A stretch of DNA of 32,000 bases from Bacillota bacterium (GTDB lineage: Bacteria; Bacillota; Limnochordia; Darwinibacteriales; Darwinibacteriaceae). The notes under the pieces were generated by a model. That model ran no database searches. It was not told where the DNA came from and saw only the letters and a list, made by a program, of their open reading frames with translations. The translations under genes and the position numbers were made by a program. The DNA lies in NCBI GenBank assembly GCA_029776155.1, contig JAKOTU010000006.1, positions 3,102-35,101 of the forward strand. The letters are read 5' to 3'. Below, piece by piece: positions 16,814 through 26,042 of this stretch (its first letter is position 1; the number at the start of each line of letters is the position of its first letter).

Positions 16814-17929
16814 CTAAAGAATGATCAGCTCGCCGAACAGCGCGCCTGCCGCCTTGACAGCCTGCAAAATGGCGATAATATCCCGGGGGGATGCCCCCAC
16901 AGCATTTAAGGCATCCACCAGTTCCTGCACGCTGGGCGCCCCGCCCAGCATGGTGGTGGTGCCGTAGCGCTGCTCTGGGCCCCTTAATTCTCCAAAGAAG
17001 CCCCCGGTTCCTCCAAACATATCCTGGTTTTCTCCATTGCCCACCTGCACCTTGAGGTTCCCATGGGAAACCACCGCGGGAGCAATGCGCACCTGCGCGC
17101 CCATGACTACGGTGCCTGTACGCTCATTGATCACTACCCGGGCATTGCTGTCTGGACGGATGGGCAGCTCCTCGAGTTTGGCAATGAAGGGCACCACATT
17201 GCTCAAGTAGTCACTAGGAACTTGGATCTCCACCGTGGCCTGGTCCCGGGCCTTGGCCAGGCCCGCGCCGAACACCGCGTTCACCACCTCCGCCAGGCGG
17301 TGGGCAGTGGTGAAGTCCGGCTCCATGAGCACCAGCGAAACCCAGCCCTCCGCGGCCAGATCCTTCGTCTGGAGCTCCCGCTCCACTATGGCCCCGTTGG
17401 GCACCACCCCCACAGTGGTATGGGTGCTCTGGGCTCCGGAGCCCCGTCCCGCGACCCCGCCGATGGATACGGGGCCCTGGGCCACGGCATACACCTGCCC
17501 GTTGGCCGCCTGGAGGGGAGTCTGCAGTAGGTACCCTCCCTGGAGGCTGCGGGCATCGCCGATGGAAGAAACGGTCACATCAATGCGGTCCCCCGCCCTG
17601 AGGGAAGTGGGCAGATCTGCTGTGACCATGACCGCGGCGATGTTGCGCATGCGCAGGTCATCTGGAGATACGGAAATCCCGAAGTTTTCCAGCATATTGG
17701 CGATCATCTGCACGTTAGCCCGGGAGCCCGAACCGTCCCCCGTGCCCTGCAGCCCCACCACCAGGCCCAGTCCGAAGATCTGGTTATCCCGCACGCCCTG
17801 CACCCTGGCCACATCCTTAATCCGGACTATGGGCGTATCGTAGCGGATGGGCTCCACGCTCTGGGCCCAGGCTGTGCCTGCGCCGAACAGGATGGCCAAC
17901 AAAGCCAGCCAAGCAAGTTTGCTCCTCAT
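16814..17929 (-). CDS. flgI: Flagellar P-ring protein FlgI
   Basis: 371 aa. It has a signal peptide. VRIKDVARVQGVRDNQIFGLGLVVGLQGTGD and the C-terminal SPRDIIAILQAVKAAGAL are FlgI hallmarks. The SD is GAGGAGGA. Confidence 0.95.
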   Translation of the reverse strand: MRSKLAWLALLAILFGAGTAWAQSVEPIRYDTPIVRIKDVARVQGVRDNQIFGLGLVVGLQGTGDGSGSRANVQMIANMLENFGISVSPDDLRMRNIAAVMVTADLPTSLRAGDRIDVTVSSIGDARSLQGGYLLQTPLQAANGQVYAVAQGPVSIGGVAGRGSGAQSTHTTVGVVPNGAIVERELQTKDLAAEGWVSLVLMEPDFTTAHRLAEVVNAVFGAGLAKARDQATVEIQVPSDYLSNVVPFIAKLEELPIRPDSNARVVINERTGTVVMGAQVRIAPAVVSHGNLKVQVGNGENQDMFGGTGGFFGELRGPEQRYGTTTMLGGAPSVQELVDALNAVGASPRDIIAILQAVKAAGALFGELIIL

Positions 17930-17949
17930 CTGCGTTCCTCCTCATCCCG

Positions 17950-18546
17950 CTAGAACAGCCAGTTGAACAGGCGCGTGAGCAGCCCCGGCTTGTTCTTCTC
18001 GCCCACAATGCCTGTGCCCACGAAGGATATTTCCGCATCGGCCACAAAGGTGGAAAGCACAGTGTTGTCCGGGGCAATATCTTCAGTGCGTACCAAGCCG
18101 GTGAGCACAATTTCCTGTTCCTCGCCGTTCACGACAATCTTCTGCCGGCCTTCAATGCGCAGGGTGTTATTGGCAAAGGTTTCCACCACCCTAGTGGTGA
18201 TCTTAGCCGTAAGGCTCCCGCCCCTGGTCACGGCGCCGTCCGCGGAGAAGCTGTCCCCTCCCCCCAAACGCAGCAGGGGAATGAGATCGGCCAGCACACC
18301 TCCGCCGGGCCCCACGGACACTTCAGCATCCTTGCCCGTGCTGGTGGTAGCCGTCTGCCGAGCCTGGGCCTGCTCCACAATGATCACCGTGACCAGATCC
18401 CCTGGCCTCCTGGCTTTGCGATCCGCAAACAGGGAAGAAGGCTGGTCCACTGGAAACAAAGACTCTGCTAAGGCAAATGCAGAGCTGAACATCAAAAGCC
18501 CCGCAGCGCACAGCAGGACTATAGCAACTAAGGTGAACCGTCTCAC
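17950..18546 (-). CDS. flgH: Flagellar L-ring protein FlgH
   Basis: 198 aa. SLFADRKARRPGDLVTVIIVEQ and ITTRVVETFANNTLRIEGRQKIVVNGEEQEIVLTGLVR match FlgH. The GTG start overlaps the flgA TGA. The signal peptide lacks a canonical lipobox (VLLC; AFA-LAE is a likely SPase I site). Confidence 0.9.
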   Translation of the reverse strand: MRRFTLVAIVLLCAAGLLMFSSAFALAESLFPVDQPSSLFADRKARRPGDLVTVIIVEQAQARQTATTSTGKDAEVSVGPGGGVLADLIPLLRLGGGDSFSADGAVTRGGSLTAKITTRVVETFANNTLRIEGRQKIVVNGEEQEIVLTGLVRTEDIAPDNTVLSTFVADAEISFVGTGIVGEKNKPGLLTRLFNWLF

Positions 18547-19331
18547 GGCATACCTGCCCCCTTTGTATGCACCTGAACTGTGTGGGCATCAATTACTTCG
18601 CCGGTCACCCTCTGCCGGGAAAGGGTGTTTTCCACTTCGATTAAATCCCCCAAACCACCGCTCTGGCGGGCGATGCCCGGTGCGGTTACGGTCACGCTCC
18701 CGGTGTGCACTAGGATCGTAACCGCAGTTCCACGCTCAATGAGGGGTACTGCCTCCACATGGAGCTCGGTGAGGGGAGTACCGGCCAGCACCATCCTGGT
18801 GGTGCGCAGGCCGAGAAACTCTTCCAAACTGCGGCCTTCGCCCCAGCCGCCCCTGATCTCCCGCAGTTCAACTTGGAGATCGTCCGCGGTGAGAATCTCC
18901 CCCCGCCTTAGGTCCCGGGCGGCCACCACCACTTCCTGAACTAGGCGGTCTGCCCCCTGCGCGGGAGGGCTGTCAGCCGGTTCTTCCGTCACCCGGAACA
19001 CCCGCACGCTCTCGGCCCCCTGGAACTCCACCAGGCTGGGATGCACCCCACCCTGACGCAGACGGACTTCGATATGGCCCCTGGTCAATACCCGGGAACT
19101 GCCCATGCTCGGGGCGGCTCCCACTTTGATGGCCGCGAGCTGCTGCACCAGATCGGAGGGGCCCTGAAGCTCAGCCACTTCCCCCAGCAGGAGTTCTGAA
19201 CCGGTCACGTTGGCCGTCTCCGGCAGGAACACCACCGCCCTCTCCTGCTCAGCCCCCCAGGCCGCGGGGCCGGGCCAGAGAGTGAGTGCGATCAGTGCGG
19301 CCAACGCCACCAACCTCCTGGCGATCATCAA
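18543..19331 (-). CDS. flgA: Flagellar P-ring formation chaperone FlgA
   Basis: 262 aa. It has a signal peptide and a SAF-like domain. The C-terminal pattern GTAVTILVHTGSVTVTAPGIARQSGGLGDLIEVENTLSRQRVTGEVID is typical of FlgA. The start is the TTG at 19331 or the ATG at 19328. Confidence 0.8.
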   Translation of the reverse strand: MMIARRLVALAALIALTLWPGPAAWGAEQERAVVFLPETANVTGSELLLGEVAELQGPSDLVQQLAAIKVGAAPSMGSSRVLTRGHIEVRLRQGGVHPSLVEFQGAESVRVFRVTEEPADSPPAQGADRLVQEVVVAARDLRRGEILTADDLQVELREIRGGWGEGRSLEEFLGLRTTRMVLAGTPLTELHVEAVPLIERGTAVTILVHTGSVTVTAPGIARQSGGLGDLIEVENTLSRQRVTGEVIDAHTVQVHTKGAGMP

Positions 19332-19334
19332 AAA

Positions 19335-20123
19335 CTACCTGCGCAGATTATTGGCGGCCTGGAGCATCTCGTCGGAAGCCTGAATCGCCTTGGAATTGCT
19401 TTCATAGGCCCTTTGGGCCACGATCATGTTCACCATCTCTTCCACCACCTGGACGTTGGACATCTCCAGGAAGTTCTGGGCCAAGGTGCCGAAACCATCC
19501 ATGCCGGGCTGCCCCACAATGGGCGCTCCGCTGGCGGCGGTGGCTCGGTAGAGGTTGCGGCCCACGCTCTGCAACCCCGCGGGGTTCACAAAGCGGGCGA
19601 TCATAATGGTATCCCTCTCCTCTGGGTCGCTCACCCCGGGGTACATAACGGCCACAGTCCCATCGGAACTGATGCTGACCTCCACCGCCTCTTCGGGAAT
19701 CTGAATTTCCGGCTCAATGGGAAAACCATCCGAGGTGGTGAGGCGGCCGTAGGCATCGATTTTAAAGGCCCCATCCCGGGTGTAGCAGATGGTCCCATCG
19801 GGCAGGAGCACCTGGAAGAACCCATCCCCCTCAATCACCACATCCAGGGGATTGTCCGTCTGCTGGTACATACCTTGGGAGAACACCTTCTGGGTGGCCA
19901 CCGTCCTTACCCCGTGGCCCACCTGGATGCCCGTGGGGATCTGGGCTCCCGTGGTGGAGGGTGTCCCCGCATACTTCACGGTCTGGTAGAGCAGGTCCTG
20001 AAAATCGACCCGGCTCTTTTTGAAACCGACGGTATTCACGTTGGCCAGGTTGTTGGAGATGACATCAATTTTGGTCTGCTGGGCGGTCATGCCCGAGGCA
20101 GCCGTCCACAAAGCGCGCATCAT
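19335..20123 (-). CDS. flgG: Flagellar distal rod protein FlgG (FlhP-type)
   Basis: ORF 19335..20162. I prefer the ATG at 20123, 9 nt after AAGGAGGG, giving [35 protein letters not shown]. The C-terminus is [36 protein letters not shown]. Confidence 0.9.
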   Translation of the reverse strand: MMRALWTAASGMTAQQTKIDVISNNLANVNTVGFKKSRVDFQDLLYQTVKYAGTPSTTGAQIPTGIQVGHGVRTVATQKVFSQGMYQQTDNPLDVVIEGDGFFQVLLPDGTICYTRDGAFKIDAYGRLTTSDGFPIEPEIQIPEEAVEVSISSDGTVAVMYPGVSDPEERDTIMIARFVNPAGLQSVGRNLYRATAASGAPIVGQPGMDGFGTLAQNFLEMSNVQVVEEMVNMIVAQRAYESNSKAIQASDEMLQAANNLRR

Positions 20124-20184
20124 AACAAAACGCCCTCCTTTTGCTGTCCGCAATTTAAGCACAGCCTAAGAGAGGGGTATGGAT

Positions 20185-20212
20185 GAAGCTATCTCAGTCG
20201 GTCAATAGCTTC
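20185..20212. repeat. Inverted repeat GAAGCTAT-N12-ATAGCTTC in the flgF-flgG spacer
   Basis: The repeat is read directly: 8-bp perfect arms at 20185..20192 and 20205..20212. No U-tract follows on the minus strand. Confidence 0.5.
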
Positions 20213-20280
20213 CCGGCTTCTGTTTCCAGTCCAGCCTCTGATCCCCTCAGGCTTTCGTGCTTGCAGCTTCCTACCTGCCG

Positions 20281-21015
20281 CTATACATCGTTGATAATCT
20301 TGCCCAGCGTTTCATCGAAGGCCTGCACCACTTTCTGGTTGGCCTCGTAGGCCCGCTGGATGTTGATGAGATTCACCATTTCCCTAACCACATTCACATT
20401 GGCCAGTTCAATCATGCCCGGAGCGATTACCGCCCGGAAGCGGAAAGGATCGCCGGCTTCCGGCGTAGCTTCAAACAGGTTGGCTCCTCGGCGGATCAGC
20501 CCATTGCGGTCATTGAACTCCACCACCAACAGCCTGTCCACCACCTGGCCGTCCACCAGCACCTCGCCCGTTTCGCTGAACAGTACCTTCCCTTCACCCA
20601 CATAAATGGGGCCGTTTTCACCCAAGACCAAGTTCCCATCTAAGGTGGCCAAAAGGCCGCTGGGGTTCACCGCAAACCGTCCATCCCGGGTGTAGCGGTT
20701 GCCCTCGGGAGTCTGGATGACAAAAAAGCCTGCCCCCACCAGGGCCACGTCCAAGGGGTTCTCCGTTGTGCGGAGCACGCCGGGTGCGAAGGATGTGTGG
20801 CTGCCCTCCACCAAAGCACCGGTGCCCAAGGCACCCAGCAGGTGGGACTGCCCTTGATGGACCTTGTACAATGGGCGCTGGGGCGAGGAGTAAATGTGCG
20901 GGGTCTGCCGCTGAAAACCTGCCGTATCCACGTTGGCCAGGTTGTTGCTGGCCACATCCATGCGCATGGTTTCCACCAACATGCCCGATGCTGCTGTGTA
21001 AATTCCGCGGAGTAT
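20281..21015 (-). CDS. flgF: Flagellar proximal rod protein FlgF (FlhO-type), probable non-canonical ATA start
   Basis: The ATG-delimited ORF is 20281..20982. The same frame stays open upstream to the TAG at 21028..21030 and encodes ILRGIYTAASGM, the conserved rod-protein N-terminus. An SD, AGGGGGGTGATCC, ends 7 nt before the ATA at 21013..21015. The C-terminus is VVREMVNLINIQRAYEANQKV. Confidence 0.8.
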   Translation of the reverse strand: MLRGIYTAASGMLVETMRMDVASNNLANVDTAGFQRQTPHIYSSPQRPLYKVHQGQSHLLGALGTGALVEGSHTSFAPGVLRTTENPLDVALVGAGFFVIQTPEGNRYTRDGRFAVNPSGLLATLDGNLVLGENGPIYVGEGKVLFSETGEVLVDGQVVDRLLVVEFNDRNGLIRRGANLFEATPEAGDPFRFRAVIAPGMIELANVNVVREMVNLINIQRAYEANQKVVQAFDETLGKIINDV

Positions 21016-21060
21016 AGGATCACCCCCCTACTTTCCTGATCACCTTATCGGCATGGGGAC

Positions 21061-21089
21061 AAAAAACTTTAGGGCGCTCAGCGCGCCCT
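21061..21089 (-). terminator. Intrinsic terminator/attenuator after mbl
   Basis: The minus strand reads AGGGCGC-GCTGA-GCGCCCT followed by AAAGTTTTTT. The stem is 7 bp and contains the mbl stop codon. Confidence 0.6.
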
Positions 21090-22094
21090 GGTGTAACTGG
21101 CAATAAACTGGCTGCGGTTGGCAGTGCGATCCAGGGAATCCAGGATTTCGCCCGTACCCCGTACCACACAGCTTAACGGATCATCGGCCAAGGTCACCGG
21201 CACTCCCGTTTTTTCCTGCACCAGGCGGGCCATCCCGTCCAGCAAAGCCCCGCCACCAGTGAGGGCCATGCCCTTGTTCACAATGTCCGCGGCCAGCTCA
21301 GGCGGGGTAATCTCCAGAACACCCCGGATGGCATCCACGATGGTCACCAGAAGCTCCTCCAAAGCCGGGTAGATATCCACCGAGCTGATTTCCACGGTGG
21401 CGGGAAGCCCGGTCACCAGATCCCTGCCCCGAATGCTCATCTTGCGATCCGGGGTGGGATAGGCACTGGCTATGGAAATTTTGATATCCTCGGCCGTGCG
21501 TTCGCCAATGGCCAGGTTGTACACCTTTTTGATATGGCGGCTGATGGCTTCTTCCATATGGATGCCGCCTACTCGCACCGACTGGCTTGTCACCTCGGAA
21601 CCTAAAGAAATTACGGCGATATCAGTTGTACCGCCGCCGATATCCACAACCATGCTGCCGCTGGGAGCAGCAATGTCCAGCCCGCAGCCAACAGCCGCAG
21701 CAATGGGCTCTGTTACCAGGTAGACTTCCTTCGCTCCAGCCAGGTTGGCCGCTTCGATCACGGCCCTTTTTTCTACAGTGGTAATGCCCGATGGGACGCA
21801 GACCATAACCCGGGGGCGAAAGCCCCGTCCCGCTGCTTTGCGGATAAAATACTTGAGGATCTCCTCTGTTATTGTAAAATCGGCAATAACCCCTTCTTTC
21901 AAGGGCCTGATGGCCTGGATGTTTCCAGGGGTCCGCCCGATCATCTCCCGGGCTTCCTCACCAATCGCGCAGATCTTCTGTGTATTTACATCTACCGCCA
22001 CCACTGCGGGTTCGTGGATCACAACGCCCTTGCCGCGTACATGTACTAATATATTCGCAGTACCCAGATCAATGCCAATATCTTTACCGAACAC
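21078..22094 (-). CDS. mbl: Rod-shape-determining actin homologue MreB/Mbl
   Basis: ORF 21078..22157. I prefer the GTG at 22094, 6 nt after AGAGGGGGA, giving MFGKDIGIDLGTANILV, the canonical MreB N-terminus. DIGGGTTDIAVISLG and ALTGGGALL motifs are present. The position after spoIIID mirrors B. subtilis mbl. Confidence 0.9.
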   Translation of the reverse strand: MFGKDIGIDLGTANILVHVRGKGVVIHEPAVVAVDVNTQKICAIGEEAREMIGRTPGNIQAIRPLKEGVIADFTITEEILKYFIRKAAGRGFRPRVMVCVPSGITTVEKRAVIEAANLAGAKEVYLVTEPIAAAVGCGLDIAAPSGSMVVDIGGGTTDIAVISLGSEVTSQSVRVGGIHMEEAISRHIKKVYNLAIGERTAEDIKISIASAYPTPDRKMSIRGRDLVTGLPATVEISSVDIYPALEELLVTIVDAIRGVLEITPPELAADIVNKGMALTGGGALLDGMARLVQEKTGVPVTLADDPLSCVVRGTGEILDSLDRTANRSQFIASYTRAR

Positions 22095-22178
22095 TATTTG
22101 TCCCCCTCTGCCGCTACGCATAACTCCTTGCCATAGTGTTCGCCACAGAAGGGGCAAATCCTTTTTTCACCAGATGAT

Positions 22179-22445
22179 CTACGAAGCCCGGCTGGCTTTC
22201 TTCACCCCATATTTGCGCCTGGTGGCCTCGCCTCCCCGGATATGGCGTTCCGATTTATTTATCTCAAGAACCTTTTTCACCTGTTCGGCCAGTTCCTTGT
22301 TGATGCGTGGTAAGCGCTCGGTCACGTCTTTATGCACTGTGCTCTTGCTTACCCCAAAGACCAGAGCCGCCTGCCGCACAGTGGCGTTGGTTTTCACAAT
22401 ATAGAGGCTAACGTCCACTACCCGCTTGCGGATATAGTCTCTCAT
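22179..22445 (-). CDS. spoIIID: Stage III sporulation transcriptional regulator SpoIIID
   Basis: 88 aa. MRDYIRKRVVDVSLYIVKTNATVRQAALVFGVSKSTVHKDVTERLPRINKELAEQVKKVL matches the SpoIIID HTH protein almost throughout. Confidence 0.9.
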   Translation of the reverse strand: MRDYIRKRVVDVSLYIVKTNATVRQAALVFGVSKSTVHKDVTERLPRINKELAEQVKKVLEINKSERHIRGGEATRRKYGVKKASRAS

Positions 22446-22473
22446 CTGCGCTTCCCCCTAGCACTTTTTATAC

Positions 22474-22502
22474 ATGTATATGCCGCGAGGCCTGCATTAT
22501 GC
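22474..22502 (-). promoter_or_regulatory. Putative sigma-E-like (mother-cell) promoter of spoIIID, overlapping a 12-bp palindrome
   Basis: The minus strand reads GCATAAT (22496..22502), then 13-15 nt, then CATATACATG. The -35 fits the remembered consensus kmATAww. The -10 matches 6 of 8 positions of CATACAhT and contains the ATACA core. The perfect palindrome TATACATGTATA lies at 22469..22480, 23 nt upstream of the ATG. Confidence 0.35.
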
Positions 22503-22506
22503 TTGG

Positions 22507-23214
22507 CTAGTGGAGAAACGCCTCCGGGTTCACAGGCTGGCCGTTGAGGGTAAGGCCGAAAAACACCCGCCCTGTGCTCGCGGGCGCGGCTATGTTCTGG
22601 TTCTGCTGCACCTGCTCGCCGACGCTCACCTTAATACCCGTAATGGAACGGTAAATGCTGGCCCAGCCGCTGCCGTGCTCGATTACCAGCTCCATTTCGG
22701 CTCCGCTGGAATTGACCGCAGCCACCTTCCCCGGCAGCACAGTGCGCACAGCATCACCCGTGGCCGTAAACTCCACGCCCGCGTTAAAGCGCCAATCGCC
22801 GTACACGGGGTGGCGGTACCAGCCGAAGGGAGTAGTGATCTCACCCTGCACGGGCCAGATCAAGCGCTCAAAGGAGACCACCGGCTCCGGCTCAGGCTCC
22901 GGTCTGGGTTCGGTGGGCTCAGGCATGGGGTTTGGGGGTGGCTCCACCATCACCACTTGGGTGGGACCGTCCAGCACCCACGGATAAAGCTGGGCAATCA
23001 CGCTCTGCACCTTCTCCTGCACCAGCTCGTCCAGCTCCTCCCTGGTCACAGGAGGAACCGCCGCAGGCTGAGGCTGGGGCCAAGCGCGGTAGGCGCCCAG
23101 GCCGATCCCCGCGAGCAGGGCAAGGCCGATGACTACCCCCGTGATCACCCTCCGGTATTCCCGCCTGTACCAGGCCCTTTTCAATCGATCTCGGAAGCTC
23201 TGCCATACTTGCAT
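22507..23214 (-). CDS. SpoIIQ-like membrane protein with degenerate LytM/M23 domain
   Basis: 235 aa. It has a basic N-terminus plus one TM helix (VITGVVIGLALLAGIGLGA), a Pro/Glu-rich linker (PPPNPMPEPTEPRPEPEPEP) and then an M23 fold (LIWPVQGEITTPFGWYRHPVYGDWRFNAGVEF...LVIEHGSGWASIY...GEQVQQNQNI...). The HxxxD motif is replaced by NAGVE, and HLH is replaced by VFF. The SD is AGGTGGTGA. Confidence 0.55.
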   Translation of the reverse strand: MQVWQSFRDRLKRAWYRREYRRVITGVVIGLALLAGIGLGAYRAWPQPQPAAVPPVTREELDELVQEKVQSVIAQLYPWVLDGPTQVVMVEPPPNPMPEPTEPRPEPEPEPVVSFERLIWPVQGEITTPFGWYRHPVYGDWRFNAGVEFTATGDAVRTVLPGKVAAVNSSGAEMELVIEHGSGWASIYRSITGIKVSVGEQVQQNQNIAAPASTGRVFFGLTLNGQPVNPEAFLH

Positions 23215-23233
23215 ACTATCACCACCTAGGCGC

Positions 23234-23263
23234 TAGTATGCTCCTAAAATTTGGATTCTATGC
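23234..23263 (-). promoter_or_regulatory. Putative forespore (sigma-G/sigma-F type) promoter of the spoIIQ-like gene
   Basis: The minus strand reads GCATA (23259..23263), then 18 nt, then CATACTA (23234..23240). This fits the B. subtilis sigma-G consensus GHATR-N18-CATXHTA at every specified position. The -10 ends 19 nt upstream of the ATG. Confidence 0.5.
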
Positions 23264-23288
23264 AAAAAAGCCCCCGTAAACGGGAGCT
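23263..23288 (-). terminator. Intrinsic terminator after atpC
   Basis: The minus strand reads AGCTCCCG-TTTA-CGGGGGCT followed by TTTTTT. The stem is 8 bp with one G-U pair. Confidence 0.8.
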
Positions 23289-23315
23289 TGTTCTGCAGAG
23301 GATTTCTTGGTTTGG

Positions 23316-23719
23316 TCACTCACCATTGGCCACTTTCAAGCGCAGCAGCGCCTTCTGCAAGGAAACCTGGGCCCTGGCCACATCCACATCGCTCTGGCGG
23401 GAGCGCAGGCGTTCTTCGGCCCGGCGCTTCGCTTCCCGGGCCCGGAGCACGTCAATCTCCTCCGCCAGTTCCGCAGTGCGGGCCATAACCGTCATCTGGT
23501 TGCCGCGCATTTCCACAAAACCGCCCCCTAAGGCGATCTTCCTGCGCTTTCCGTGAAAGGGGCCAAACTCCAGCACGCCGATGTCCAGGGACGCCATGAG
23601 GGGCTGGTGGCCTGCCAAGACGCCGAAGGTACCATCCACACCCGGCAGCCGCACATATTCCACTTCCGTGCTCACCACAGTCCTTTCGGGAGTGAGTACT
23701 TGCAGGTGAAAGACCGCCA

Positions 23720-23720
<1 letters not shown>
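23316..23720 (-). CDS. atpC: F1 ATP synthase subunit epsilon
   Basis: 134 aa. The sequence LQVLTPERTVVSTEVEYVRLPGVDGTFGVLAGHQPLMASL is typical of epsilon. Its ATG overlaps the atpD TGA. Confidence 0.9.
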
Positions 23721-26031
<2,311 letters not shown>

Positions 26032-26042
26032 GTGCACCCCCC

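Noticed and set aside
20667-21023. Alternative-frame ORF starting at the GTG at 21023 (MILYSAEFTQQ...), considered as evidence for a frameshifted flgF.
   Set aside because: The conserved FlgF N-terminus (ILRGIYTAASGM) is encoded in the same frame as the rest of flgF. No frameshift is needed; only the start codon is unusual.
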